From Gracilinanus agilis (taxonomy: Eukaryota), in contig NC_058130.1 in the NCBI RefSeq assembly GCF_016433145.1, forward strand, positions 132,533,157 to 132,597,156: DNA of 64,000 bases. Direction: 5' to 3'. Every line of letters begins with the position of its first letter. Position 1 is the stretch's first letter. Below, one piece after another: positions 46,116 through 58,409 of this stretch. The translations under genes were made by a program, and so were the position numbers. The notes under the pieces were generated by a model. That model searched no databases, was not told the DNA's origin, and was given only the letters and a program-made list of their open reading frames with translations.

Positions 46116-48953
46116 AAAAGTCAGTTACTGGGTCACCAGGTCCATGCTAAATGTGGGTTGTCCATTTAGCCCTATTCCAGGTTCTGGAAAATGGGCACAG
46201 GGAACCATAAGAAGAAGGGGGAAGAAGCCCAGCCCCTGCCCTCAGGAGCTCAAACTCTAGGTGGGGAGGGAAGATTGACACATGAGAAGTTAAACAACAT
46301 GCAGCAGTCTGTGATCGAGTGCCAAGATGAGTGGGGACAGACAGTGAGTGCTGTAGGAATTCAGAGAAGGGAACAACCAGTGTGGGCTGAAGAGTAGGAT
46401 CAGAGGATTTAGAACTGGGAGGACCTCAGAAATCATCTAGTCCACCCCCTTCTTTTTTCAGATGACAAAACTGAGACCCAGAGAAAGGAAGTGAGCTGCC
46501 CAAGGTCACATAGGTAGCAAGTGTTAGTCCTGGCACTTACACCTGAGGTCCACCTGATTCTAAGTCATAGAAGGTTTCGTGGTGGGGGTAGGCTGTGGTC
46601 ATGCATTGGTGCACGAGAAAGCACATTCTGAACTAGAAAATAAGATAATCCAAATCCAAGATCCTGGGTTTAAAAAAGTGGGAGGGGGAGATACTGAGGC
46701 TCTTCTCCTATTCCCTTCCCTCCCAAATTCCCTGAGAGTAAGACTGGGAAAGATTTCTCTGCAAGGCCCTACTTTTTCATCTCACCCAAACTTCAACCCC
46801 CCAGGATGTCCCTTCCTCCTAACACAGATCTGGGCCCAGGTGAGGCATTCAAAAGTATGTTCCTTGAGAGCCAATGTGGTATAAAATGGAAAAGCTTAGG
46901 ATTCAGGACCCCTGGGTTCTAGTCCCAGTTCCACCACTGATTTATTGTGCGACCCTGGAGAACTCACTTGGCTTTCCTGAACCTCAGTTTGCTCATCGGT
47001 AAAATAGTGTTGGACTGAATGACAATAAGGACCATCACAGTTCTAACATTCTATTCTAAAATTACTTCCAGTTTTTGACATTCTTTGATTGTACAGTCAG
47101 TGACTTCTCTTCCCTTTGCCTCTCAGAGAATATACTGCATCCTTTTGTGTCCCTCATCCAGTGCTCCAAGACCCTCAGGGCAAGATATGACGCTGGCTGG
47201 CATTGTCCCTCTAGACCCCAGACCATCAAGACAGGAAGTGCCAAGTATAGGGGAAGTATCAGGGGAGCCAATTCCCAGGCTCTGGGAGTGACAGCTGCAG
47301 GGAGACATAGTCACCGGCTATAAATACCCTGAGGATGTGCTGTGCAGGAAGGGGGGTGGACTATTCACAGCCTCAGGGAGGGTGGAACAAGGTGAAGGTC
47401 TGGGACCATGGTAGGAGTGGAGGAGTTCAGAGTGGCTCATCAAGGAAGAACTGGGGGGGGGGTCTGCCCCCTGACAAAAGTTGCAGGGAGGGAAGGGGAG
47501 AGGGATAGAGATTCGGGATTGGGGAGGGTGATAGAGAGAGAAGCAGAGCTCCAGGCTAGCCCCAGTGCATATTAATGGGTAATGAAGCTTGCTGTTGTAG
47601 AAACTGGAAGCCCAGTTCTTGTCCCAGCTGTAACCCTGAGTGACCTTGGCCAAAGGCACTTCTCCTTTTGGGGCCTCAGTTTCCTCCTCTGTAAAATGCA
47701 GTGTTTGGACTCCTTGATCTCTAAGGCCTCTTCCAGTTCTAACATTCCATTATTCAGTGAATCTGAAATTGGTTTTCCTATTGCCTTTGTAAGCCCAGGG
47801 CTGTGTGCAAGGCTGTCTTGCAGCAGGGAATTTAGATCTTCAGATATCACTAACTAGGAGGCCCAAGGATTGTCCTTTTTGCCAGACTACCATCCGACAG
47901 CCTGGTCCACGAGACTAGGTAGAAAGAGAAATGTTCAAAGTCTTAAATATTTGTCCTTGTCCTAAGTCAAACCCTATGGTCTACGGGGGCCACCTAATTG
48001 TCTTGGCCCTTGTCTTGGCCCACGATGAGATATTGGGAAATGCTCAGGCAAATGGAAGGGGAGAAGATCAGGCCACCTATCTGGATGGTCACAGTGAGGT
48101 AGAGTATAAAGAGACTTAGGAGACCTGAGTTCAAATCCCAACTTCTGACCCTGACTTTTATCATGGGCATGTTTTTAATGTTCCTAAGCCTCCATGCCCT
48201 CATCTGTGTGTGTGATTCTTTTTCCATCCCCCAAACATTATTTGCAACAGAAATGTCTTTGGTGCAATCTTTGGATGGCAAATCAGAATGAGAGAGGCAG
48301 TGTAAAGAGAGCAGGGTATATGTTCAGATCCTAGCTCTGGCACTTAAAAGTTATGTGATATCACTTAACCTTACTGTGCCTCAGTTTCCTTCTCCGTAAA
48401 ATGAAGTGATTGGACTAGAAGATCTCAGAGGTCCCTTCCAGATCTAACATTCTATATATGATGCTGGTAAGAATACTTGCAATGCCTATCAAGGCTGTCA
48501 AGAAGGCAGTTCTTGATAAACCCTAATGTACCACAGAGATGAATTACTATTGTCATTATGCTCCTTCCTCTCTCTGCTCAGGCTACTAAACTCCAGCTCC
48601 AACATACCACAAACATTTATAAACATGTGTACATACCTACAGATATGTGTTTACAAATACATACGTACATATTGCATCTGCACATACATGTGTATATACA
48701 TACATTATTGTTGTTTAGGCATTTTCCAGTTGTATGCAATTCTTTGAGACCCCATTTAGGGTTTTCTTGGCAAAGATATTGGAATGGTTTGTCATTTCCT
48801 TCTCCAGCTCATTTTATAGATAAGAACTGAAGCAAACAGAATTAAATGACTTGCCCAGTTTTACACAGCTAGTTAATGTCTGAGGTCACATTTGAACTCA
48901 GATCTTCTTAACTTTAGACCTAGCACTCTATCCACTGTGCCACCTAGCCACCC

Positions 48954-48956
<3 letters not shown>

Positions 48957-48998
<42 letters not shown>
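48957..48998. repeat. (AC)21 microsatellite
   Basis: Perfect dinucleotide run. Confidence 0.99.
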
Positions 48999-49001
<3 letters not shown>

Positions 49002-49554
49002 TAATTTTTTAAGCTCTTACCTCCTATCTTAGAATAGATTCTAAGGCAGAAAAGTAAAAAACGGTAAGGGCTATGCAGTTGGGTTTGTTACTTTCCCAAG
49101 GTCATATAGCTAGGAAGGATCTCCAGGTCTGACTCTCTATCCACTGAGCCTCCAAGATGTCCTTATGTATATCTTTTGCCGGAGGTCTTTACCTATCCCA
49201 TAAGCTGCTAAAGCCTTCCCCTTCTAAGTTACCTTCCATCAACTTTAAATGTATCTTGTATATACGTATTTAAAGACAAATTATTCCCCTACTAGACTGA
49301 AAGCTCCTAGAGGGCAGAGCTGTTTTTGCTTTTTCTAGGTCACTTGAATGTTTATTGATTGCCACCATTCCTGACTAGCCTTACTGTGGGATTGAAAGGT
49401 TCCTATTGCTGCCATTACTTTTTTGCCATTGGCCAATCCACTTGGGATCTCGGTTTTCTCATCTGGGAAATGAGAAAGTTGTACTAGATTATAGGGTCAT
49501 ATTTTGGAACTTGATCCCTAAGGTCTTTAGCAGCTTTAATATTCTCTATTCTGG

Positions 49555-49742
49555 GGGGCAGCTAGAGGGGCTCAGTGGATTGAGAGCCAGGTCTAGAGAT
49601 AAGAGGTCCTAGGTTCAAATCTGGCCTCAGACAGCTGTGTGACCCTAGGCAAGTCACTTAACCCTCATTGCCTAGCCCTTACCACTCTTCTGCCTTAGAA
49701 CTAATATTGGTTCTAAGGTGGAAGGTAAGGATTTAAAAAAAA
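49555..49742 (+). mobile_element. SINE1
   Basis: gggggcagctagagggg..gagccaggtctagagat..ggtggaaggtaaggatttaaaaaa. Confidence 0.88.
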
Positions 49743-49989
49743 ATTTCTAGTCTGTGCTATAAGTAGATACCTCTGATGGTCTTTGTTCTAGTGCCAAGGG
49801 CTCTTTGAATTCTAACGTGATTCTATGTTTTTATGGTCTATGATTTCACAGTCCCCTGTTCTCTATCCAGCCGCTTCTTATCTCAAAACCATATTCACTC
49901 TGGGCTTCTCCTCCTGCACAGCTTCTGCCACTACTACAGCCAAGTTAAACTTAGTGACTCTGGGAGCTCAGTAATCATTTATTATTGTC

Positions 49990-50410
49990 AGTCGGTAATC
50001 ATTTATTAAATCCTTCCTATGTGCCAGGCATTGTGCTAAGTGCCAGAGATACAAATAAAATAAAAAGACAGATCCTGCTCTCAAGGAAAATACAATCTAA
50101 TGAGGGAAGACAACACACAAAAGGAAGTTAAAAGGTAAGGACAGAGTGGAAGAAAGGCGGGGCAGGATAGAACCTACCTGGCCTGGGGGTGTGATGGAGA
50201 AGTCCAAAGAAATCCAAAAGCTGTGTAGCTGATAGGGGGTCATACCTACGGGAAGATTGTACCAAGCCTCCTTTTAAAATAGAGACCCTGGAATCCATGA
50301 CCCGGCCCTCTAGGCAGAGGCAGAGGGGCAGAAGATACTCATGAGATGTGAGTACTGAAGCATATTCGATCTTGAAGGATATTGAGATTTCCTAATGATG
50401 AGTTTCCTGG
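49990..50410. mobile_element. L2-tail-derived marsupial repeat (MdoRep1-like)
   Basis: catttattaa..ctatgtgccaggcattgtgctaagtgc..ctcaaggaaaatacaatctaatg followed by the characteristic gatggagaagtcc..gatcttg..gatgagtttcctggg segment. Family name from memory. Confidence 0.5.
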
Positions 50411-52859
50411 GAAAGACCTATGTGCCTGGTAGTCAGGGCCTCCCAGACCCTCCCAGGTGACCCAGCCTGTGGCTCAGTCTCACTTTTCCTGCCTTGCTGT
50501 TGGAAAAGGCAGTAGACACATAAACTTTAAAGAAGGTGCCATTTACCTTATGTGGTGAAAGCCTAGGGAGAAAGGGAGAAAGGGTAGAGCCATCACCTTA
50601 GCCACCTGCCTGCCTAGGTAGCTAATGAATCAGTTATCCATCCCCAGCTACAGAACAAAGGCAACATGTTTCTCCAGGAATGAAACAGAATAATACAAGT
50701 CTGAGAGTCTTGGCATTTCTTCCCCATTTTGTAAAAGGTAAAAGGGCTGTGGAGAGCTGGAATAGGCTTTAGACATTGTCAGACCTAAGCCTCCTTGTCC
50801 CCATTTTACAGATGAAGAGAGAGCCAAAGAATGGATCATTTTCCTACTCATGTTCTCAGACTCCTGCACTTCTGGGCTCCCCACACAAAAGGGTGACAGA
50901 AGTTCCTGAGTCACAGAATCCCAGAGTCAGAATCAACCAGAGGACAACCCCATCATTTTGTATTTGATGAAACCAAGACTCATGGATGTGAAGTGACTTG
51001 CCCAAGTTCATAGAAGTAGTAAGAGGCATACCCAGGATCTGAACCCTGGTCCTCTCACTCCAGATATGACATGCTTTCCTCCTCATCAGAATTGTTCCTT
51101 TTTTTGTGTCCAAATATCTCATTGTACAGATGAGGAAACCAAGGCACAGGCAGCTGACACAAAAGCCAAAGGTCTCATAGCTATTCAGTGTTTGAGCAGG
51201 GATTTGATCCCAACCAGGTCTTTAAATTCAAGTCTTCTGAAGCCAAACTTAATAGTCATTTATCCATCGTAACAGGCTTCCTGCCTTGCACCTGCCCTCA
51301 GGGTCTATGAGAGTTGGAGGGAGGTCAGGCCACCCTGATCTCCTCCCCAGACAGCTGGGGTTAGGGGGAGCTAAGCCAGCTTAGTGCCCAGGTGAGGAAT
51401 CTCCTCTGTGGGTATCACAGCCTCCACTGCCCTCCTGGCTTCCACTGGCCGCCTCCTCAGAGTGGGCAGGTTCCACAGACTTAAGTGCCTTCATCCGTCC
51501 CAGCCTCTGCAGCATCTGTGGAGCTGTGAAGATAGCAATGCCGGGGAGCCCCCGGAGCTCGGGCGGCAGCTTCCCCCTCCCCTCCTGGCACAGCTCTTAA
51601 GGCCCAAACCCAGCTCCAGCCTGCCAGCCCTAAAATCGTACAGTACAGACTTCATCCACAATGGTTCCACTCTACAGTCCCCATCTGTCCATCAGCTTCC
51701 TTTTCAGTGGAGTAGAAAAGAACCCGCCCTGGAGACAAGGAGGCCTGGGAGTGACCTTGGGGAGGTCTCTTCCTTTCTAGCCTCAGTTTCCTTGTCTGTA
51801 AAATGAGGCTATTGGGCTGAATAGTCTTAATGCTCCTTCTACCTCTAGCACTCCTGAGGGCCCTTCTTGCTTGAACATTCCAGGCTTCTGCAAGACTAAT
51901 GTGAGAGAAAATGTCAGAGTGGTCATAGACGGAGGTACAGGAAAAAAGCATGAATATTTGCCCTTCGTTCCCAGCTCTTTCATCTTTTGTTACTTCATCA
52001 AACAAGCATACTGTTTGTGATGTCATTAAATAAAGTAGGATCTCTTCATTCTTGAATCTTCCCAGAGAATCAGTCAACAAACATTTATTAAGTACTTACA
52101 GTGTGCCAGGCCCTGTGCTAAGTGTTACCTGGGATCCAGGTAAAGGTAGTCCCTGTCCTCAAGGCAACTCAATATCTGTGCCACACACTGAGCTAAGTTA
52201 TGGTGGCACAGTGAATCAAGCACGGCGCCTGGAGTCAGGACAGCCTGAGTTCAAATCCAGCCTCAGACTTTGACCCTGAGCAAGTCACTTAATTAACCCT
52301 GTTTGCCTCAGTTTCCTTATTTATAAAAGGAGCTAGAGAAGGAAATGGCAAAAAGTTCAGGATCTCTGCCAAGAAAACCCCAAATGGGACACATATGAAA
52401 GATGTTGTGAAGGTAGAAACAACAAGATTTGGCAAGAATTTGGATATGTGGGACATTTGAGTGTGAGAGAAGAGTAGAGGATGACACCAAGGTTTCAAGC
52501 CTGGGTGACTGGGAGGGTGGTGATGTCTGACAGCAAAGAGAAGCACTCTGCCTGGCTTTCTCATTTGCCCCCATCACACTCTTTCTTGTTCGTGCTTATT
52601 TGTGTATGTGTCACATCCTCTCTAGTAGACTGTGAGTTCCTTAAGGACAGAAACTGTTGAGGTTTGGGGTTTTTTTCCCTCCATCTCTATAGTCCTAACA
52701 CCTCTTTAATATGAATGTTCTCCCAGCAGCAGACAGTTCCAGATCTTACCACACCACACAACCTTCAAAGAGTCAAAAAGGTGGGTGACCTTGAGGACTT
52801 TGGAGAGATCCATGATGGGAACAGGGAGGCTGCACTGTATTTCCAAGGATGACCTACAT

Positions 52860-53075
52860 GCAGGAATGCTATGAGGGATATCATCCAGGAAACCTATTTA
52901 TTGAAAAACAGTGTCTGTACCAAGAGTGAGGGATAACAGATGGACAGCCTAAGTGCTTCACTGGCGATCACAAAACCGAAAGCAGCTCTCTGTGTCTTCA
53001 GGTAGACTCTCTGTAGGGGATCTATGGGAGAACACGAACGAGACTCGCACAGGACAGGGAGTGGAGAAGCAACAA
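52860..53075 (+). mobile_element. RTE-clade LINE 3' end
   Basis: DIIQETY..RVRDNRWTA*VLHWRSQNRK translation pattern. Confidence 0.68.
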
Positions 53076-53398
53076 TCTACAACGTGGTTATCGTTCATTC
53101 GTGGCCGACCCTTCATGACTCCATTTGGAGTTTTCTTGGCAAAGATACTGGAGTGTGTGTTATTGGAATTTGGGGGTTCTTTGGGGTTCATTAAGCTTTA
53201 ATATTTAGATATATGATATAAACTTAGTGTGGACGCTTAGGGGACTTGAAAAGTACATTCTCCATGATTCAATGGACTTCCTTCTTACATGGTAACGTGA
53301 GCCAACGTAAAGTGTAGCTTAAATAGAGAGAACTTGATTGGGACGCTCTCTTTTCCTCCGAAGCAGCAAGGTGGGCAGGAGGTAATAGTGGGCGATTT

Positions 53399-53610
53399 GT
53401 ATTTTTTTTTTGTTTGTGTTTGTTTTTGTTTTCCTAAACCCTTAACTTCTGTGTATTGGCTCCTTGGTGGAAGAGTGGTAAGGATGGGCAATGGGGGTCA
53501 AATGACTTGCCCAGGGTCACACAGCTGGGAAATGTCTGAAGTCAAATTTGAACCTAGAACCTCCCGTCTCTAGGCCTGACTGTCAATCCACTGAGCTACC
53601 CAGCTGCCCC
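53399..53610 (-). mobile_element. Young SINE1 (short-tail variant)
   Basis: 15-bp TSD aatagtgggcgattt (53384-53398) / aatggcgggcgattt (53611-53625). Confidence 0.92.
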
Positions 53611-55279
53611 AATGGCGGGCGATTTAAATTAGATCTTATCAGGCGCATGGTCTTTCTTAAATTTACCAACATAGCTTTAAATAAAATATTAATACTTTTA
53701 TCTATATCCATTTTATTTGTAACAAGTGGTTTGCCATTTTTTTCCTCCAACTAATTTTTTTTACAGATGAGTAAACTGAGGCAAATAGCATTAAATGGCT
53801 TGCCCAGGATCACATAGCTAGTAAGTATCTATGGCCAGATTTCAACTCAGGAAGATGAATCTTCCTGACCTCGACCCAGCATTCTATCTACTATACCACC
53901 TTGAAGCCCACATCAGTGGAGTCAGTAACTAGCTTTAACATGGCATTTTAAGGTTTGAAAAATTCGTTACAAATGTTATCTCATTTGATCTCCACAACAA
54001 CCTGGCAAGGTATATGTTACTATTATCATCCCCGTTTTATAGATGAGGAAACTAGAGCTAAGAGAAGCTAAGTCTTGAGACAGGATTTGAACTCAGGTCT
54101 TACTGATTTCAAAGTCAATGCTCAATCCACTGGGACACCTACATCCAAATGAAATACTTCAGGAGTTCCTTAGCATAGTACCTGGCACTTTGAAGACATT
54201 CAATAAACTTTTTGTGAACTAAGTAGAGCCTTGAAAAATGTCATTATCATCTGTGGTGGGTGAGGCACTGTGCCTAGGGATACAGAGGATGATGAGATAG
54301 AGGAGAAAGATCCTGGACCTGGAAAGGAAAGAGTCCTGGGTTCTCATCCTGGCACAGTCACCATTTAACTAAGTGGCCTTGAGCAGGTCACTTCTTTTGC
54401 AACCTCAGTTTCATTACTTGTAAAAAAGGGATAACAGCTTCATATGACTACTGTGAAAATGGAATAGTGAATGAGGAAAGCCTTTGAAAGTTGTAAAATT
54501 CTCTATAGATGAGATTATTCTTATATCATGAGAGACTTCCAGCTTTGTTATGGAAGACATATGGTAAATACATGTAAATAGAGAAGATTCCTATAAATGT
54601 TACCAAAAAAATTTTTGTTAGGTCAGAGACATATCAGAGGACTTGGGGAAACTTTTGAACATTTTGGGCATTCCCTAAGAAATAATTTAGAATTAGGTAA
54701 TCCTCAAAATAAATAAAATTGTTTTTTGCAAACTAGTACCTAAACCCAAAGAACATGATTGATTTTTTTTCTTCATCACTCACTACCCTCGAATTCCTTG
54801 TCTCTTGTCCTGATATCAGTCATGCCCTGCTAGAATCCTAGGTTACTTCCACTATCCTTGTTTTCCATTCCTACCCTCTGTACTATGAAACACCATTAGA
54901 ACAAGTCACACAGCCATGTTAATGGCTTGATCCACTAAAAATTATCTAATGTTATCTAGGTCCTCATTGCTACAGCTCAATCTTTTTATTCTTCACCAAC
55001 TGTCTCATTCACGCTCTTTGCAGCAGTATCCACTCACTTTCCCCCTCCACCTATAGACTTAAGTTTACCCCATCCTTAAAAAACCTCTACTTGACCCTGC
55101 CATCTTCTGAAGTTATTGCTTGTCTCTTCTTCCTTTCACAGCTGAAGTCTAAGGAAAAGAAATCTACACTCACTATTTTAGCTTCTTCACCTCCTACTCA
55201 ATTCCTTGGCTTCTTCTAACGTGGATTCCAACCCCTCCAGCCTACTGAAACTGCCCTCTAAGAGATTACCAACTGTCTT

Positions 55280-57720
55280 TTTCAAATTGATCAATTTTGT
55301 TTTAGCACAGCACACAAACTCCATCTAACTCACAATTACACCCCCACAACATGCAATCCCTGAAAACAGTTGAGCGTAAAAGAGTGATTATGGTTGATAG
55401 CAATTATAGTTTTATACTTTAGAAGTTTATTATTTGTTTATAAGGAAGGAAAAGTTCTATTCTTTGACTTTACTAGATTAGTACAATTGACCATCATGAG
55501 TAGGCTGACCCCTAAGTGGTAAATTCTTTAGCCATAGCAACCTAAAAACAAAGGAAGAAAAAAAGGGCTTTTTGTCCCTCTTGCTTCTGTAGGATCCTGG
55601 AAAGGTGGTAGAGGGTGCAAAGGATCACACAATTTTGAGATCATCTATAAAAATTAACTGTCAAAACTCTAAATGGGAGATCTTTCTCCTATGACCAACA
55701 AGCTAACATTGAATTCTATTAACATTCTCATTGTAAATGAAACCTGCAGACCAAAGGAGGGTTCAGGTAATTGGGAAGATGACACATTGAGCTCTCTTTG
55801 GAGTGCCAAATAAAGGAATTGGCAATATTCATTCTATCTTGTGTCTAAAGGCAGCAAGAAACATCATTTCATGAGACATTTGGTCATCTTAATCTGCAAT
55901 GATCATTACATTTTCCAAAAGGCCACTATGAAAGTATCTTTAGCTTATCTGTCAACATCTCTTGCAGAGAATAAGATGGTACAACATTCTCATGAAGAAC
56001 TCAGATTAAATTAACATATGCTATGATATTTGGTGACTTTAATTTTTTTTTAACCCTTAAACCAGTCAATACTGTGTATTGGCTCCAAGGCAGAAGAGTG
56101 GTAAGGGCTAGGCAATGGGGGTCAAGTGACTTGCCCAGGGTCACACAACTGGGAAATGTCTGAGGCCAGATTTGAACCTAGGACCTCCCTCCCATCTCTA
56201 GGCCTGGTTCTCAATCCACTGAGCTACCCAGCTGCCCCCTATTTGGTGACTTTAATGAAAAATAGTCATTGGGAACATGGCAAAAAGCATATGTTAGAAA
56301 AATATCTCAAGATTAAGAAATTTTAAAGGCCAAAAGTTTGTAGGTTATGTGTCTACATATCATAAATACATTCTTCAAAGGGAGAGTCAAGAGATGGACA
56401 TGGCAAAGCAATGAATAACATCACAAAAACTGAAATTGATTTTATTTTAACAGATTAGAAACATCTAGTTACTGATAGGAAGTCATTTCCATATAGTCAG
56501 ATGGTCATTCTGTGACAATAAAGATCAAGATAAATACTGTATTATAATAAAGAATATAAAAATTAGGAAAAGTTTTGGTGTACAATACAAATAGCTCACA
56601 AGAGACCTACTTAAATAAATTGTTGTCATAAAAAAATGGGAAATAGATCAAAGAACAGGCATTGACATAGGCTTTCACCATTTCCTAAGACAGTTTAACT
56701 GTTATAAACCAAACACTACAAAGAGAAGTTCAAATGGGTCCAAAACTTTTTGCCAGTTACAGAAATATGGCAGCCAAAGCCAACATCAGGTTCAAATAGA
56801 AAACCCTTTTGTAAAAACTTTCAAAAGATTAAATGAATGAATGAAAGCACATTTATTAAGCATTAATTATGGGCCAAGCATAATGCACAAAAAGAAGGTA
56901 GTTGAGAAATTATTGATTACTGATCCATAATGACTACTTTGCCATTTCCACCAAATCTTTTGAAAATAATTAATAGTGTATTTAGGGGAAACTTTAGTGA
57001 AGAAATGAAGAAAGAATACATTTCTTTTCTTTTTTTATAATAGAATTTATTTACAAGTGTCTCAGTCCCTCTCTCCTTTCTCCTCATCATAGAAGATAGA
57101 CTTTCCCAAATGATATCTATAAAAGATCATATATTTACAATCCCACAACTGATTGAAAAGTTGTAGAGAGTACAAAATCATTTCACTGTAGTTGTTTTGT
57201 TGTTGACTGTGGTAAAAAGCATTTTATTTTGCAGAACAAAATGTTGCCTTAATGCTCTATTCTCTCTACTCTCATGCACATGTTAAAATCATACATGATT
57301 CCTTGAAAGAAAGAACGACAAAATATCCACTGAGCTGGTTCATCAGTATATGTTTTTGGACACTGCAGTTGAACAATGAGCTCAGCCCAGAATTGATTAG
57401 GAAGGAGAAAGAGGGCTAAATTGCCTTTGCGGAATTGTGCTGTATTCTTAATAACCCCTAACTTCACCCTAAAACAAAGGCCAAACTTTTTTTTAACACA
57501 ATTATTTTTCTGATAAAGCTACAATTGTCAATGAACTATGAAACTGAAGTTGCAAGTCACCCAAAAGACAATAAAGAAGTATATAAATAGTCTGTAGCAT
57601 TATTTCAAAGATGAATCATTTGCATGAAGGATATCATCAAAGAAATGTATAACTGGAAAAGGGGGTAATCTAGTCATGTAACAAGAGCAAAAAATAACAA
57701 ATGAGCCTTGTAATAAGATC
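55280..57720 (+). mobile_element. RTE-clade LINE spanning endonuclease, RT and 3' ORF; internally deleted and degraded
   Basis: EN motifs TLNGRS (55663-55680), NET.R, IFGDFN (split by a SINE TSD), NTFFK, RWTW and TEIDFIL. RT start at ~56890-57010; HVKIIHDSL; ELVHQY; DIIKEMYNWK..HVTRAK near the 3' end. Confidence 0.82.
56044..56239 (-). mobile_element. Young SINE1 nested in RTE endonuclease
   Basis: Perfect 17-bp TSD tatttggtgactttaat at 56027-56043 and 56240-56256. Confidence 0.95.
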
Positions 57721-58210
57721 TCCCTTTCCTCTTCTTTCTTGCCTAAAGTTTGGACATTTGTGCATATAATCAATGATTCTACCACCAACTCTCTCTTAGA
57801 CATCTTCACTTGCGTGTCCAGTGAATATCTCTAACTTAACATGTACAAAAATGATGCCGATTATCTTCTTGGTCTCTCCTCCTACATTTCCTATTTCTGT
57901 GGAAGGCTCTATCTATCCAACTTTTTACTTTCTAGATATCTTTGACTCTTCTTTCTTTCTAATCACCTGTATCTAATTGTGTTGACTTTACCTCTTTTAT
58001 CCATCCTCTTCTCTACACTTAGTATAACCCCCTTAGAGGAAGCCTGCTCTACCTCTTGGACTACAGGAGCCTTAGGATTGATCTCCCTGTTTCCCCATCC
58101 TCCTTCACATAATTGCTAAAATAATCATCCTTAGGAGCAGCTAGTGGCACAATGGATAGAGCACTAAATCTAGAATCAGAAAGACTTGAGTTCACATCTG
58201 ACCTTATACA

Positions 58211-58339
58211 NNNNNNNNNNNNNNNNNNNNNNNNNNNNNNNNNNNNNNNNNNNNNNNNNNNNNNNNNNNNNNNNNNNNNNNNNNNNNNNNNNNNNNNNNN
58301 NNNNNNNNNNNNNNNNNNNNNNNNNNNNNNNNNNNNNNN
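58211..58339. other. Assembly gap (129 N) inside a MIR-type SINE
   Basis: Run of N. Confidence 1.
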
Positions 58340-58367
58340 AGTAGCATATAAGTATTATACAAATGTT

Positions 58368-58409
<42 letters not shown>
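58368..58409. repeat. (ATG)14 trinucleotide microsatellite in a SINE tail
   Basis: Seen directly. Confidence 0.98.

Larger units (their letters stand above)
54760..58130 (+). mobile_element. L2 ORF2 fragment (54760-55270 and 57790-58130) hosting an RTE insertion
   Basis: PILKKPLLDP and PTETAL..ITN on the left; LLDIFTCVSSEYL*LNMYK (post-YADD region) on the right. Confidence 0.7.

Noticed and set aside
51408-51806. 132-aa ORF as a coding exon
   Set aside because: It has a GTG start, no recognisable homology, and runs into a MIR at its 3' end.
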